Part shown: piece after piece, positions 29,839-39,904 of the stretch
How the letters are laid out: every line of letters starts with the position of its first letter
Numbering within the stretch: the stretch's first letter is position 1
Source of the DNA: Armatimonadota bacterium
GTDB taxonomy: Bacteria > Armatimonadota > SYMT01
Reading direction: 5' to 3'
NCBI GenBank assembly: GCA_041690135.1
Contig: JAWLHY010000005.1
Location: 160,001 to 224,000 of the forward strand
DNA length: 64,000 nucleotides
Made by a program: the position numbers and the translations under genes
Notes under the pieces: model-generated
The model's input: only the letters and a program-made list of their open reading frames with translations
Told to the model about the DNA's origin: nothing
Databases searched by the model: none

Positions 29839-31176
29839 CTACAGATACCGGACGGTGGCCGGGCCTTCATAAGTGCGGGTCGCGTTACGGGTGTCCACCA
29901 CCAGGTCCGCGTCTCGCTTCACCATCTCGTAGTCGAAATCGCCGTGGTGCGTGACGATCACCACGCAGTCCGCTTCCCGTAACGTTTCGGGTGAGAGCGG
30001 CTGATGGGCATACTGGGCAGTCCCCACGGAGAACTCCGGCACGTAGGGATCGGAATAGCTCAGTTTCGCCCCGCGTTCTTCCAGCAGGCGGAAGATGGCG
30101 ACCGCCGGGGTCTCACGAGCGTCGCCTACGTTCGGTTTGTAGGCTACCCCCAGGATATGGATGCGGCTGTTGCGGACACACCGTTCCCGCTCGTTCAACG
30201 CCTCGGTGACGAGATCGACCACGTAGCGTGGCATGCTCTCGTTGATCTCGCTGGCGAGGCTGATGAAGCGGGGCTCGTAGCCGCTGAGCCGGGCCTTCCA
30301 GGAAAGGTAGTGGGGATCCAGCGGAATACAGTGGCCGCCGATCCCGGGACCCGGGTAGTGGGCCATGAAGCCGAACGGCTTGGTCGCGGCGGCGTCGATC
30401 ACGTCCCACACATTAACGTCGAGGTGACGGCAGATGATCGCCATCTCATTGGCCAGGCCAATGTTCACGCTGCGGAAGGTGTTCTCCAGCAACTTGGCGG
30501 CCTCCGCCACCCGCGGGTTGGCGACCGGGATTACCTGGCGAATCACCTGACTGTATAACGCAACTCCGAGCCGCGTGCAAGCGGGCGTCACCCCGCCGAC
30601 CAGCTTGGTGATGGCGGCGACGTTGAAAGTGGGATTTCCCGGATCCACCCGTTCGGGAGAAAAAGCGAGGAAAAAGTCGCGCCCTACCTCGAGCCCCTTT
30701 TCCCGGAACATCGGCAGGAGGATCTCCTCTGTCGTGCCGGGGTAGGTGGTGCTTTCCAGGACGATGAGCTGTCCGGGGCGGAGGCACCCCGCGACCGCCT
30801 CACCGGCGGCGAGGATGGCGCTGAGGTCGGGATCTTTGGACTTCCGCAGGGGGGTAGGCACGCAGATCAGCACGACATCCGCCTGCGACAGTACGGACAT
30901 GTCGGTGGTGGGATGAAACCGGCCGCTCTCCAGAGCCTCCGCCAGTTCTTCGTCCCGCAAATCCGAGATGTAGGACTGGCCCGCGGCCAGCATGGCGCAC
31001 CGCTCGGGCGCCACTTCCAGACCGAAGACGGACAGGCCGCCCCGGGCGAACTCCAGGGCCATGGGGAGGCCGACGTAACCCATTCCCACGACCGCCACGC
31101 GCGCCCGTCGTGTCGCAATCGCCGCCTGCAATGCGTGCTCGGTGCTGGGATCTTCTGTTGAACTTCCGGCTTGCAT
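29839..31176 (-). CDS. UDP-N-acetylhexosamine 6-dehydrogenase (WbpA/WecC family)
   Basis: GMGYVG, CVPTP, ESTTYPG, GGHCIP, GVAYK. Confidence 0.92.
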   Translation of the reverse strand: MQAGSSTEDPSTEHALQAAIATRRARVAVVGMGYVGLPMALEFARGGLSVFGLEVAPERCAMLAAGQSYISDLRDEELAEALESGRFHPTTDMSVLSQADVVLICVPTPLRKSKDPDLSAILAAGEAVAGCLRPGQLIVLESTTYPGTTEEILLPMFREKGLEVGRDFFLAFSPERVDPGNPTFNVAAITKLVGGVTPACTRLGVALYSQVIRQVIPVANPRVAEAAKLLENTFRSVNIGLANEMAIICRHLDVNVWDVIDAAATKPFGFMAHYPGPGIGGHCIPLDPHYLSWKARLSGYEPRFISLASEINESMPRYVVDLVTEALNERERCVRNSRIHILGVAYKPNVGDARETPAVAIFRLLEERGAKLSYSDPYVPEFSVGTAQYAHQPLSPETLREADCVVIVTHHGDFDYEMVKRDADLVVDTRNATRTYEGPATVRYL

Positions 31177-31203
31177 GAAACACCTGATGACAGAGGCCGC
31201 TCC

Positions 31204-32181
31204 TCATTCGGAGGCAAGCGACAGAGCGTGCGGGCGGAGGTAGCTTTCGACCGTGCGGGCCAGCCCCTCAGCAAAGGTTACCGCCGGATGGTAACCCAGC
31301 CGGGATGCCGCCTTGCGGATATCGGCGTGTGACTTTCGCAGGTCGCCCGGCTGGGCCGGGTGGAACTCGGGAGCGACTTCCACCTGCAGGAGGTCCTGCA
31401 GTGCAATCAGCACTTCCCGCAGCGTAACAGTACCGCCGCACGCGATGTTGAACACTTCACCGGCCCCGTCCGGCGCGTGTGCGGCCAGGAGATTCCCTTG
31501 AACCACATTGGCTACAAAAGTAAAGTCGCGCGATTGGAGGCCGTCCCCGTAAATTATCGGCGGACGCCCCGCTTGCAGAGCCGCAATGAAGCGCGGAATT
31601 ACAGCAGCGTAGGTGGAGTTGGGATTCTGCCGAGGCCCGAAGACATTGAAGTAGCGGAGTACCACGGTTTCCAGGCCGTAGCATGCGCGGAAGGCGCGGC
31701 AGTAATTCTCGCCGGCGAGTTTCGATACCGCGTAAGGGGAAAGTGGAAGCGGGCTGAGTTCCTCGGACTTCACCGGCGCCGGATTCTCGCCATAGACGGA
31801 AGAGGAAGAGGAGAAGATGAACCGGCGCACCCCGGCATCGCGGGCCGCGGTCAGCAGATTCAAGGTGCCGCCCACGTTCACCGCATTGGAGGTGTGCGGG
31901 TCCCGCACGGATCGCGGGACGGAGCCGAGAGCCGCGAGGTGGAAGACCCGGTCGACATCCTGGCAGCCGTGACGGCAAGCAGCGAGATCCCGAAGATCCC
32001 CTTCCAGGAACTCGATCGCGGAACGGCTGCCGCTCAAGTTATCGAGGGAACCCGTGGAAAGGTTGTCGAAGACCCGTACCCGTACCCCGTGCGCCAGCAA
32101 AGCTTCCACCAGGTGCGAGCCGATGAAACCCGCTCCGCCGGTAACCAGCGCAGTCGTACCTGCCCCGAACTCAAGACCCAT
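31204..32181 (-). CDS. NAD-dependent epimerase (WbpP/TviC-like UDP-GlcNAc(A) 4-epimerase)
   Basis: GGAGFIGS, ALGSVPRS, YAVSK, RYFNVFGPRQ. Confidence 0.9.
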   Translation of the reverse strand: MGLEFGAGTTALVTGGAGFIGSHLVEALLAHGVRVRVFDNLSTGSLDNLSGSRSAIEFLEGDLRDLAACRHGCQDVDRVFHLAALGSVPRSVRDPHTSNAVNVGGTLNLLTAARDAGVRRFIFSSSSSVYGENPAPVKSEELSPLPLSPYAVSKLAGENYCRAFRACYGLETVVLRYFNVFGPRQNPNSTYAAVIPRFIAALQAGRPPIIYGDGLQSRDFTFVANVVQGNLLAAHAPDGAGEVFNIACGGTVTLREVLIALQDLLQVEVAPEFHPAQPGDLRKSHADIRKAASRLGYHPAVTFAEGLARTVESYLRPHALSLASE

Positions 32182-32249
32182 GGATGCGTTGCCTCTGCAC
32201 GGTTCTGCGCTCCTGTTCTTACTCACATCCACCGGGACTGTAGCGCGGC

Positions 32250-32918
32250 TCAGCGGAGCTGGAGCCGGGTGCTCTTGAGGCTGTCCATGACGGTGGGAAG
32301 CATCGCAGCGGCAAACTCATCCGAAAGCTTCTCGGCGCTTGCCTGGTCCTTTACGACGGGCACCAGAATCCGGACCAGGGCCCCGAGGGGCACGCCGGCC
32401 TGAAACCGCTTCAGCAGTTGAACCATCTGGAACTGCACGAGGTTTCGGGTGCAGTAGCTACCGTCCGTGAAGTAGTAGGTGGCAATCAGTCGCTGCCGCT
32501 TCTGGCTGAAGACGGAACGAGTGGCGGAAATGCCCTGCTCCCCTACCGGCAGCGTGTACGGGCGCTGTTCCAGGAGCTCCCACCCGCCGGCCGTCATGCA
32601 GAAGCCGGGAGTATGCACCGACTTCTTGCGGTGGCCGGCAATCAAAGCCAGTTCCGCGAACCCGCCCTGGGGATTGTGGTAGCGTCGCACCAGCACCGCA
32701 TCGGGTTGGAGAATATCCATTTCCCGCTGGGAAAGCTTCATCTCGGAAGTCTTCCAGCCGCGGAAAGGCATCTCGAGCTTCGCTAGGAACTTCGGCTGGT
32801 CGATGGTTGCCCCTTCGATCCGGCGCCCCCAGTAGCTGCCGCCCACTACCAGCAGAAGGATGAGGTTAACGGTAAAAAGCCGGGACCCGGCCGTAGTGCC
32901 ACGCGCGCGCTTGATCAT
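32250..32918 (-). CDS. epsI: EpsI-family exosortase-associated protein
   Basis: N-terminal TM, HTPGFCMTAGGW motif, directly downstream of the exosortase. Confidence 0.85.
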   Translation of the reverse strand: MIKRARGTTAGSRLFTVNLILLLVVGGSYWGRRIEGATIDQPKFLAKLEMPFRGWKTSEMKLSQREMDILQPDAVLVRRYHNPQGGFAELALIAGHRKKSVHTPGFCMTAGGWELLEQRPYTLPVGEQGISATRSVFSQKRQRLIATYYFTDGSYCTRNLVQFQMVQLLKRFQAGVPLGALVRILVPVVKDQASAEKLSDEFAAAMLPTVMDSLKSTRLQLR

Positions 32919-33789
32919 TCGTTTGCGTCCACGTCACCAGAGCGTAGCGGATAAGAAGCAGCCCCAGGCTGCACAGGAATACGAGCACGGGCGCCTCGTG
33001 GTCGTGCACCCAGGTGGCCAGCTCCGCACTGTGGTGAGTGCCGGCCAGGAGAACCAGGGTGAGGCGCAGTGCGTTGCAGAGGAGCGCGATCGGCACCACC
33101 GCGGCCAGCAGGAAGCCTCGCCAGCCCAGCGCCACAGGCGTGTGATAGGCGATGAGATAGCTGACGGCCAGCAGAACGAGCATGGACGTGAGCCCGCTGC
33201 ACTCCCGCGCCACGAGGATGCTGTAGACCGGGCGCTGGTTGAGGTCCGGCATCACGGCCAGGTGCACGCCGTCGCGCTGGATCGGCAAGCCGCAGATGCC
33301 TCCGAGCAGGGCCGCGTAGGAGCTACTGGTCATCTGCAGGGGGAAGGCAATGGCCTCGATCAAGGTGGTGGGCCAGGGGATCATGAATACGAGGAAGCCC
33401 AGGGGACCCACGGCCGCGTGGAAGGCCGGCTTGCCTCCGAGGTAGTAAAAGCCACCGAGCGTCATCACGATCAGCGAGAGGGGCTTCAGGAACTCCAGGT
33501 CCGCCCACACGGAAGCCATATGCGCGAGCCCGCCGAGGATCAACATCACCAGGCCCGGAGGGGCGGCCTCATCCCACCCCTGGAACTCGCCCTTGCGCAT
33601 CCAGAGCAGCGCCAGCGCGACCAGGACGATCAGGGAGCCATGGGACAGACTCTTGTCGCTCTCCCACACAGCCCAGAGCGCGGAGAGAACCGGCGCCCAG
33701 AGCACCACGCCGAGGCCGAGAAGGACGACCATGGCCGGGTTGACCGAACGCCGGGGAGCCGAATCAATGGGGGTGGTGCTCTCGCTCAC
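32866..33789 (-). CDS. Exosortase (EpsH family)
   Basis: About 8 TMs with the catalytic triad VAREC*SG, NALR*, H*DH. Confidence 0.92.
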   Translation of the reverse strand: MSESTTPIDSAPRRSVNPAMVVLLGLGVVLWAPVLSALWAVWESDKSLSHGSLIVLVALALLWMRKGEFQGWDEAAPPGLVMLILGGLAHMASVWADLEFLKPLSLIVMTLGGFYYLGGKPAFHAAVGPLGFLVFMIPWPTTLIEAIAFPLQMTSSSYAALLGGICGLPIQRDGVHLAVMPDLNQRPVYSILVARECSGLTSMLVLLAVSYLIAYHTPVALGWRGFLLAAVVPIALLCNALRLTLVLLAGTHHSAELATWVHDHEAPVLVFLCSLGLLLIRYALVTWTQTNDQARAWHYGRVPAFYR

Positions 33790-33823
33790 GACAGCTTTAC
33801 ATCCTTCACGGGAACGGAAAGAA

Positions 33824-33857
33824 GGCCCCGACCGCCCCTTTCGGCACGGTCGGGGCC
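33824..33857 (-). terminator. Intrinsic terminator-like hairpin between wza and the exosortase
   Basis: GGCCCCGACCG/CGGTCGGGGCC followed by TTCTTT on the minus strand. Confidence 0.65.
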
Positions 33858-33871
33858 GCTAAGCCTTGACA

Positions 33872-35794
33872 CTAGAACCCGCCGAAGCCATAGCCGTAGC
33901 CGGGAACGCCCATCATCATCCCGGCGAACGGGATGAGGCGCAGCGCGGATTCGAAGATCGACATCTTGCGCCGGGTCTGGTCCACCGGCGGCAGCTCGGG
34001 GATCAGGATGCGATCGCCCGGCCGGATGGTCACATTCTGGGTGGGATCTCCCGCCAGGAGCTTTTTGTAGTCGATCACTACCAAGCCCAGTTCGCGAAGA
34101 TCTTCCTCCTCGCCCTTCTTCGGCTTGATCGGCTTGACTTTCTTCGGATCGCCCAGGGCGGCCTCGGGTAGTGCTCCCTTGAACTTTCCGTTCTCGTCGT
34201 AGCGGTCACCGGGAGCCACCACGAACGTCTTCTTTTTGGCGCGTTCCGAGAACCCTTCTGCGGCGGTGATTGCGTCGAGCAGGGTCATGCTCGGCTTCAC
34301 CGGATAGGTGCCGGGCTTGCGTACGCCGCCCACGATGGCGAACCGCTTGCTGTCGTCGTTCGGGACCTGGATGATGTCGCCGGACTGAAGCTCGAACTCG
34401 ATGTCGATGGTGGAGCCGGCCTCCAGGGCGCGCTCGGAAAGGTTGATCTCCTTGACGATCTTGCCGTCGCGCTTGATGGACACGCGTCCGCGGTCGGCCT
34501 TTTCGGTGAAGCCGCCGCCTTGCGACATGATGAAGTCGAGTACACTGGTGGTCGTGCCCAGGGGGCGCTCGCCGGGGGTCTTGACTTCGCCGCGCAGCAC
34601 GGCGACGCCGAGCGGCACGAAGATCACGTCTCCGGGGAGCACTTCCAGGCTGGGATCATCGCTCCGCTTGCGGCCTTCGGCGATGGCGGCGACGTCGATG
34701 ATCGTGGTCTTGCCGTCACGAATCACCTGAACGTGACGCCGGTCCGCTTTCTCACTCAGCCCGCCCGCATCCTTGAGGATGAAGTCCCAGAGCTGCGTCT
34801 GGCCGTTCAGCTCCTTCTCCCCGGGGTTCTTCACCTCGCCGCGGATCGTCGCCAGGCCGGTGAACTTCGAGAGGACGGTAATTTCATCGCCCTCCTGGAG
34901 TTCGAAATCGTCTTTCAGACGACCGGTCCGCACGCCGCTCAGGTCGAGGATGATGGGCACGCTGCTGTTCTTGCGGCGGAGGGCGATGCGGGTGTAGTCG
35001 GCACTGTTGGTGGGGGTGGCGGAGCGCACCGCGGTGTAGGCGGTCTTCACCTCTTCCAGCGGCTTCAGCCCCGGCCGCTGGACCTCGCCATCGACGCGGA
35101 TGGAGCGGACGTTCTTCCCGGGAACGGTGATGGTGTCGCCCGCGGCGATGCCCACGTTCAGGTCCGGGTCCTTGAGGACCTCATCCAGATCAATCGTCTC
35201 CAGCTTCCCGCCGGCCTTGCGCGAAATCGTGATTCGCTTGGTGTCGGCGTTGCTGGTGGGCCCGCCGACTTCCGCGAGTACATCCAGGAGCTTGCCGCCC
35301 AGTCGCACCTTGGCCAGGCCGGGCCGGGTCACCTCGCCGTACACCAGTACCTTGCTTCCGGTCTCGCCGACGACGAAGCACTTCACTTCGAACAGCTTGA
35401 GGTACTTGCCGAGCTCCTTGGTAAGCTTCTCTTCCACCTGCTTGGCCGAGAGCCCGGATACGCGCACCTTGCCGATCATGTCCATGGCGATGTCGCCCGC
35501 CTCATCGACCCGGTAGTTGGTCGAGAGCGCAGGTTCGCCGGAAACCCGAATGGAGAGCACATCCTCGGCCTGAATCAGGTAATCGGGAGTCTTAACCGTC
35601 TTGGAAGCACCGGCTTCAGGTTTCGCATCGGGCTTGGCCTCGGTAGCTTCCTTCTTTTCGGGTGTTGCCGTGCTGACCTCTTTCTTCTGTGTTTCTCCTT
35701 CCGCCCAAGCCGAAGGAAGGCTGTGGAATGGGGAGAGTACCAGCAGGGAAAGGACAGCAGTCCAGCGGATCACTGAACATGCGCGAAATGACAT
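33872..35794 (-). CDS. wza: Wza/SLBB-repeat polysaccharide export protein
   Basis: Signal peptide, Poly_export YLIQAEDVL, repeated GEVxxPG SLBB units, C-terminal amphipathic helix; GGAGG RBS. Confidence 0.88.
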   Translation of the reverse strand: MSFRACSVIRWTAVLSLLVLSPFHSLPSAWAEGETQKKEVSTATPEKKEATEAKPDAKPEAGASKTVKTPDYLIQAEDVLSIRVSGEPALSTNYRVDEAGDIAMDMIGKVRVSGLSAKQVEEKLTKELGKYLKLFEVKCFVVGETGSKVLVYGEVTRPGLAKVRLGGKLLDVLAEVGGPTSNADTKRITISRKAGGKLETIDLDEVLKDPDLNVGIAAGDTITVPGKNVRSIRVDGEVQRPGLKPLEEVKTAYTAVRSATPTNSADYTRIALRRKNSSVPIILDLSGVRTGRLKDDFELQEGDEITVLSKFTGLATIRGEVKNPGEKELNGQTQLWDFILKDAGGLSEKADRRHVQVIRDGKTTIIDVAAIAEGRKRSDDPSLEVLPGDVIFVPLGVAVLRGEVKTPGERPLGTTTSVLDFIMSQGGGFTEKADRGRVSIKRDGKIVKEINLSERALEAGSTIDIEFELQSGDIIQVPNDDSKRFAIVGGVRKPGTYPVKPSMTLLDAITAAEGFSERAKKKTFVVAPGDRYDENGKFKGALPEAALGDPKKVKPIKPKKGEEEDLRELGLVVIDYKKLLAGDPTQNVTIRPGDRILIPELPPVDQTRRKMSIFESALRLIPFAGMMMGVPGYGYGFGGF

Positions 35795-36635
35795 AAGAGT
35801 GCTCCTCCAAGCGCTTGACGCCCAGGCGCGCGTCGCACCCGTGCTCCGAGGGTTCAGGTGCCCGATACGGTGCGACCGTGCAAGGTAGGACTGGATGACA
35901 GATAGCGGGCAAGCACGGGGTGTCTTTCTCAATCCTTCCTTGGATGGAAATTCCTACGAATGCCGGATAGTGGGGCTACGAGGCGGCCAACGGACCTTGA
36001 CTTGCCGCCTGGTTTATTCCATATTGTACGTGGTTACGCCTGCTCCATCACCCGTTGTCCGCCAGTCGGTTGGGAAGGAGAGGCCTCCCTTACCTGCTTT
36101 AGGTGGAGACTTGAGGTCCTCATCCAATCGCCGGCAAGGTAGAGGAAATAGTCCCCGGCCGAGTCCGGTACCGCATCGCGGAGGACGATAATATCCTGGG
36201 CGGGCTGGCCACAGCAAGTCGGCCCGGAAAGGGTACGCTATCCAGTCCATCCTCCAAACGGGCGACGGATGGGCGGGCACCGGGCCTCACGCGGTGTGGT
36301 CCTCGGTAGGTAGGTGCGGCGAACACCATAATTCGAAAGAAGAGGAACCCGGCCGTCTTTCGACCGAACAAGGGGCTGAGGCCCGGTCGAGGTTCCAAGT
36401 AAGCTTCGCAGTCTGATCTACAACCTCCGTACTCCGACACACGTCGGAGAGTACAACCTTCCTTCAACAAAACGTCTGGGTCCAGCGGCCACGCGGGAAC
36501 CAGACAAGTAGACCGGTTCCTGTTTGCCCGATATAACGGCGCGCGGCTACTCGTTACGGCGGGTAAGCTGAAAATGGGCCACGGGTCTGCAATCCCTCTG
36601 GAACGCCTCTAACCAGTAGTTCAGGAGTTCGAATT

Positions 36636-37367
36636 ATGGCTGACACCTGTCCAGCCTCTACGGCAACCGAACGGGGGGCCGGCCGCCAGGCGGCGGTCGA
36701 AGCGCCCTGGGCCTCCACGCCGTTCACGGAACGCCCCGGTGCCGGGCGGGCCCCGATGTCTACTCCCTCCTCCCGAAGACAACGCGGGCCGCTACCCAGG
36801 CACCACTCCACTTCCACGGAAGTGCCGGTTGAGCCAGTCGATCGCGAGGCCCTGTTTGCCGATTTTCAACCGCTGGTGCGGCGTCTCATTCGGCAGTATG
36901 GAGAGGACGCGGAACTGCGTCAGGACCTGGCGGGGGAGATCTACTGCCGGTTCTGCACGCTGCTCGATCTTTACGACCCTACCCGGGGAATTCCGCTGCG
37001 AGCCTACCTCGTGCGAACGCTCACCGCTTCGGTCTACACCTTTACCCGCAGTCACTGGCGGCGGCAGCACCGGGAAGTGAGCCTGGATGCCAGCTTGAAG
37101 ATTCGGGAAACGGCCCAGACGGGCGACCCGAGCCGGCAATGGGACCGGGACCTGTTGACCGAGGAGGTCTTGAAGGCGCTTCCCGGCGCTATCGCGCAAC
37201 TTCCGGTCCGGCAGCGACAGGTGGTGATCTGGCGTTACTACGAGTCTCGCTCATTCGAGGATATCGCCGCGATGCTCCACGTACGCCCGGCCACGGCCCG
37301 CTCGCTGCTGCGACACGGCCTCAACAATCTGCGCCGGCAGATGGGGCGGAGTGAACTGACCTGGTAG
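36636..37367 (+). CDS. Sigma-70 family RNA polymerase sigma factor (regions 2 and 4)
   Basis: QDLAGE, YDPTRG, LPVRQRQVVIWRYY..SFEDIA; AGGAG RBS. Confidence 0.88.
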   Translation: MADTCPASTATERGAGRQAAVEAPWASTPFTERPGAGRAPMSTPSSRRQRGPLPRHHSTSTEVPVEPVDREALFADFQPLVRRLIRQYGEDAELRQDLAGEIYCRFCTLLDLYDPTRGIPLRAYLVRTLTASVYTFTRSHWRRQHREVSLDASLKIRETAQTGDPSRQWDRDLLTEEVLKALPGAIAQLPVRQRQVVIWRYYESRSFEDIAAMLHVRPATARSLLRHGLNNLRRQMGRSELTW

Positions 37368-37478
37368 CCACCGAAGAGCCTGCCTGGCGAGTGGGTCCGG
37401 TTTTGACAGCGAGGGGGTGCGTGTTTCGCGCACCCCCTCGCTTTGACTTTGTGGTTCTGGCGTTGGAGGTTTTGGGCG

Positions 37479-37976
37479 TTACGCCGGAAACCTCCGGGTT
37501 GGCCGCCGCGTCCGGAGGCGTGGAGGGGTTCGTTGGACCAGTTCCTGCGTGACCCGGGCAAGAATGCCGCGGGCTTCATTCTCGGCCTCGGAGAGAGCCG
37601 CCTCCCCACCGGAGAGCCGTACCAGTGCCTGTAAGCGCTCCACCTCATGCACGTCCTGGGGGTCGGTGGTCAACTGGCGGATGGCAAAGCAGTGTCGCAG
37701 GCATTCGCGCAGGAGTTCGCGGGCGCCCCGTGGGTGGGTGGGTCTCTCCGGGGGTGTCGGTTCCGCCGTGCGCAACTCGTCGGGAACCAGGTCCAGCAGG
37801 GCTTCCTGACCCGCCTGGTGGATGGCCTGGAGAAAGAGACACCAGGCAAGCTTCTTGCGGGCACCCAGATCCGTGGGCTCGAAGGCAAGGCGGGTACGGC
37901 AAGCCGCTTCGGCCTCGGCGAGGCTCTCGAGCTGAACTGCTTTGGGAGTCTCTGCGATCTCCACCTTACACCTCAT
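37479..37976 (-). CDS. Hypothetical helical (TPR-like) protein
   Basis: Starts 2 nt after the upstream GT2 stop; EPTDLGARKKLAWCL resembles a TPR helix pair. Confidence 0.6.
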   Translation of the reverse strand: MRCKVEIAETPKAVQLESLAEAEAACRTRLAFEPTDLGARKKLAWCLFLQAIHQAGQEALLDLVPDELRTAEPTPPERPTHPRGARELLRECLRHCFAIRQLTTDPQDVHEVERLQALVRLSGGEAALSEAENEARGILARVTQELVQRTPPRLRTRRPTRRFPA

Positions 37977-37978
37977 AA

Positions 37979-39148
37979 CTAACGGGAGACACGCTCCCAG
38001 GTGACGCGCTGGGTGCGGAACAGGAAGCGGAGAAACCCGCAAAAGAGCGCGTAGTTCATCAGATAGAAGTAGCTGACAGGACGGGTCCAGCGCGGTAGCT
38101 CGCGACCAGGAACGGCGGCATACGAGCGGGCCGCCACCAGGGCTCCGGCCAACTGGGCAACCGCCGTCAACTGGAAGAACTCGTGGTCGAGCAACATCAG
38201 ATTGGCGCCCGCCGCGGCCAGGAAGAAGAACGGGACCAGCCAGCGCAGGACCTTGTGGCCCCAGTAGGCGAAGGCGACGTTCCCAAAACTCGGGAGCAAT
38301 AGACGGCAGGTAAGCCCGAGTGCCTGAAAGTTGCCCGCCCCGATGCGTACCTTGCGGATCATCTCATCCCGCGCGGAGGCGCAGGCGGGCTCAACGGCCC
38401 GCGCGGCGGGCTCGAACCGCACCTGATAACGCTGCTCTAACACGCGCATCGAGAGAACGAAGTCCTCAACGACGGTCGAAGTCGGAAGCGGACAATAGAG
38501 GTGCCGGCGCAGCGCAAAGATGCCCCCGTTACAGCCGATGAGAAATCCGAGCGCACTCTCATTCCGCTTGATCCAGCCCTCATACTTCCAGTAGAGGCCT
38601 TCACCGGAGACCCCCCCTTCCTGCTCCAGGGTGAGTTCGCCGCTGACGCAGCCCACCTGGGGCTCCTGGAAAGGGGTGACCAGTTTCCGGAGCGCATCCG
38701 GTTCGAAGAGGGTGTTGGCGTCGGAGAAGACAAGAATGTCGGCCTCGGTCCGGGTTACGAGGTCATTCAGGACGGAAATCTTGCCGCGGCGTTCCTCGAA
38801 GCAGTAGGCGTGGAGGCGGGTATCCGTGCAGGCACGAAGCAGTTCCGCGGTAGCGTCTGTCGAACCGTCTGAGCCGACAATCAATTCGAAGCGGTCCGCC
38901 GGATAGTCGAGCTGCCAGGTGTTGCGAAGTTTGGCCTGAACGACCTGCTCCTCATTGAAAGCGGCTACAACCATGGCGATCCGGGGGAGTGGCTCCGTCA
39001 TATGCGGTTGCTTTGTGCCGCGGCCGGCCGTCCGCTGTTTCAGGCGGACCCAGACCGCCAACAGGCACGGAAACCCCACGTACGTGTAACCGATCAGGCC
39101 CCACGCTACGGCAAAGATCAACACTGAGAGGAACTTCGGATCGGGCAT
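37979..39148 (-). CDS. Processive-type GT2 (PgaC/IcaA-like)
   Basis: N- and C-terminal TMs, AFNEE, SDGSTD, FSDAN, VEDF, RKVRI. Confidence 0.88.
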   Translation of the reverse strand: MPDPKFLSVLIFAVAWGLIGYTYVGFPCLLAVWVRLKQRTAGRGTKQPHMTEPLPRIAMVVAAFNEEQVVQAKLRNTWQLDYPADRFELIVGSDGSTDATAELLRACTDTRLHAYCFEERRGKISVLNDLVTRTEADILVFSDANTLFEPDALRKLVTPFQEPQVGCVSGELTLEQEGGVSGEGLYWKYEGWIKRNESALGFLIGCNGGIFALRRHLYCPLPTSTVVEDFVLSMRVLEQRYQVRFEPAARAVEPACASARDEMIRKVRIGAGNFQALGLTCRLLLPSFGNVAFAYWGHKVLRWLVPFFFLAAAGANLMLLDHEFFQLTAVAQLAGALVAARSYAAVPGRELPRWTRPVSYFYLMNYALFCGFLRFLFRTQRVTWERVSR

Positions 39149-39337
39149 TGATGGCGGTTGGAGCGGGGTGATGAAAAGGGCCGGAACCTCGCTTGGCGAC
39201 CGGGTTACCGTCTGTCAACTGCGGGCGCGCGATTCGGCGTGCAAATCACCACGGGGAAAATGCGGCATGCTTGCCCGCTCCGCCAGGTCAAGCATGCGTG
39301 GGAGCAGCAGCTTTCCCGGGAGCGAAAGGGACGAGGT

Positions 39338-39904
39338 GTGAGTTTGCCGAGCGACGGTGAGAGGGAGAATGAGACGGATCCAAAGCGTCGCGAGAAGCGT
39401 TATGCCGTGGTTCTGCGCAGGCTCTTTGCGTGGCTCTTAATCCCGGAACTGCTTCTTGTTCTCGGCGCATCCGCCATGGTGAGCCTGAGCCTGAAACGGC
39501 TGGCGCTCACCGGAATCGCCGCCTTCTTCTTGCTGCTGCTGGCGGCATGCCGGATCGTTCCGGAAGGCTTACTCCCCTTCCGGGGGAAGTGGCTCCGGCG
39601 GATGCTGGCGGGACTGGCGGTACTAGGCCTCGCGTACGCGGGGCCGGTCGCGCTGATCCGAAAACTCTGCACCTATAACTGGACCTTGAACCAGGTGCAA
39701 CAGGGCATCGAGCGGCTGGCTACCTACCGGCCGCAAGCCCGTCTTCCCTTCTGGCTGGCGGACGTAGACCTTCCCCGCTGGATCGCGGGGGTGCCGATTA
39801 CCTTGGTGGTAGGTCTCGGGGCATTGGTTGCGCTCCTCCAGTTCAAGCTGCTCTGGGACGACTTGGGGGAGGAGCGCAGTACCGTACCGGCTCAGGAGCT
39901 GTAA
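39338..39904 (+). CDS. Hypothetical membrane protein
   Basis: About 4 hydrophobic segments; start uncertain. Confidence 0.55.
   Translation: MSLPSDGERENETDPKRREKRYAVVLRRLFAWLLIPELLLVLGASAMVSLSLKRLALTGIAAFFLLLLAACRIVPEGLLPFRGKWLRRMLAGLAVLGLAYAGPVALIRKLCTYNWTLNQVQQGIERLATYRPQARLPFWLADVDLPRWIAGVPITLVVGLGALVALLQFKLLWDDLGEERSTVPAQEL

Noticed and set aside
36200-36400. c-di-GMP-I riboswitch upstream of wza or the sigma gene
   Set aside because: GAAA tetraloops are present but the conserved GGCAAAC/GACGCAAAG core is not; kept only as a generic structured region
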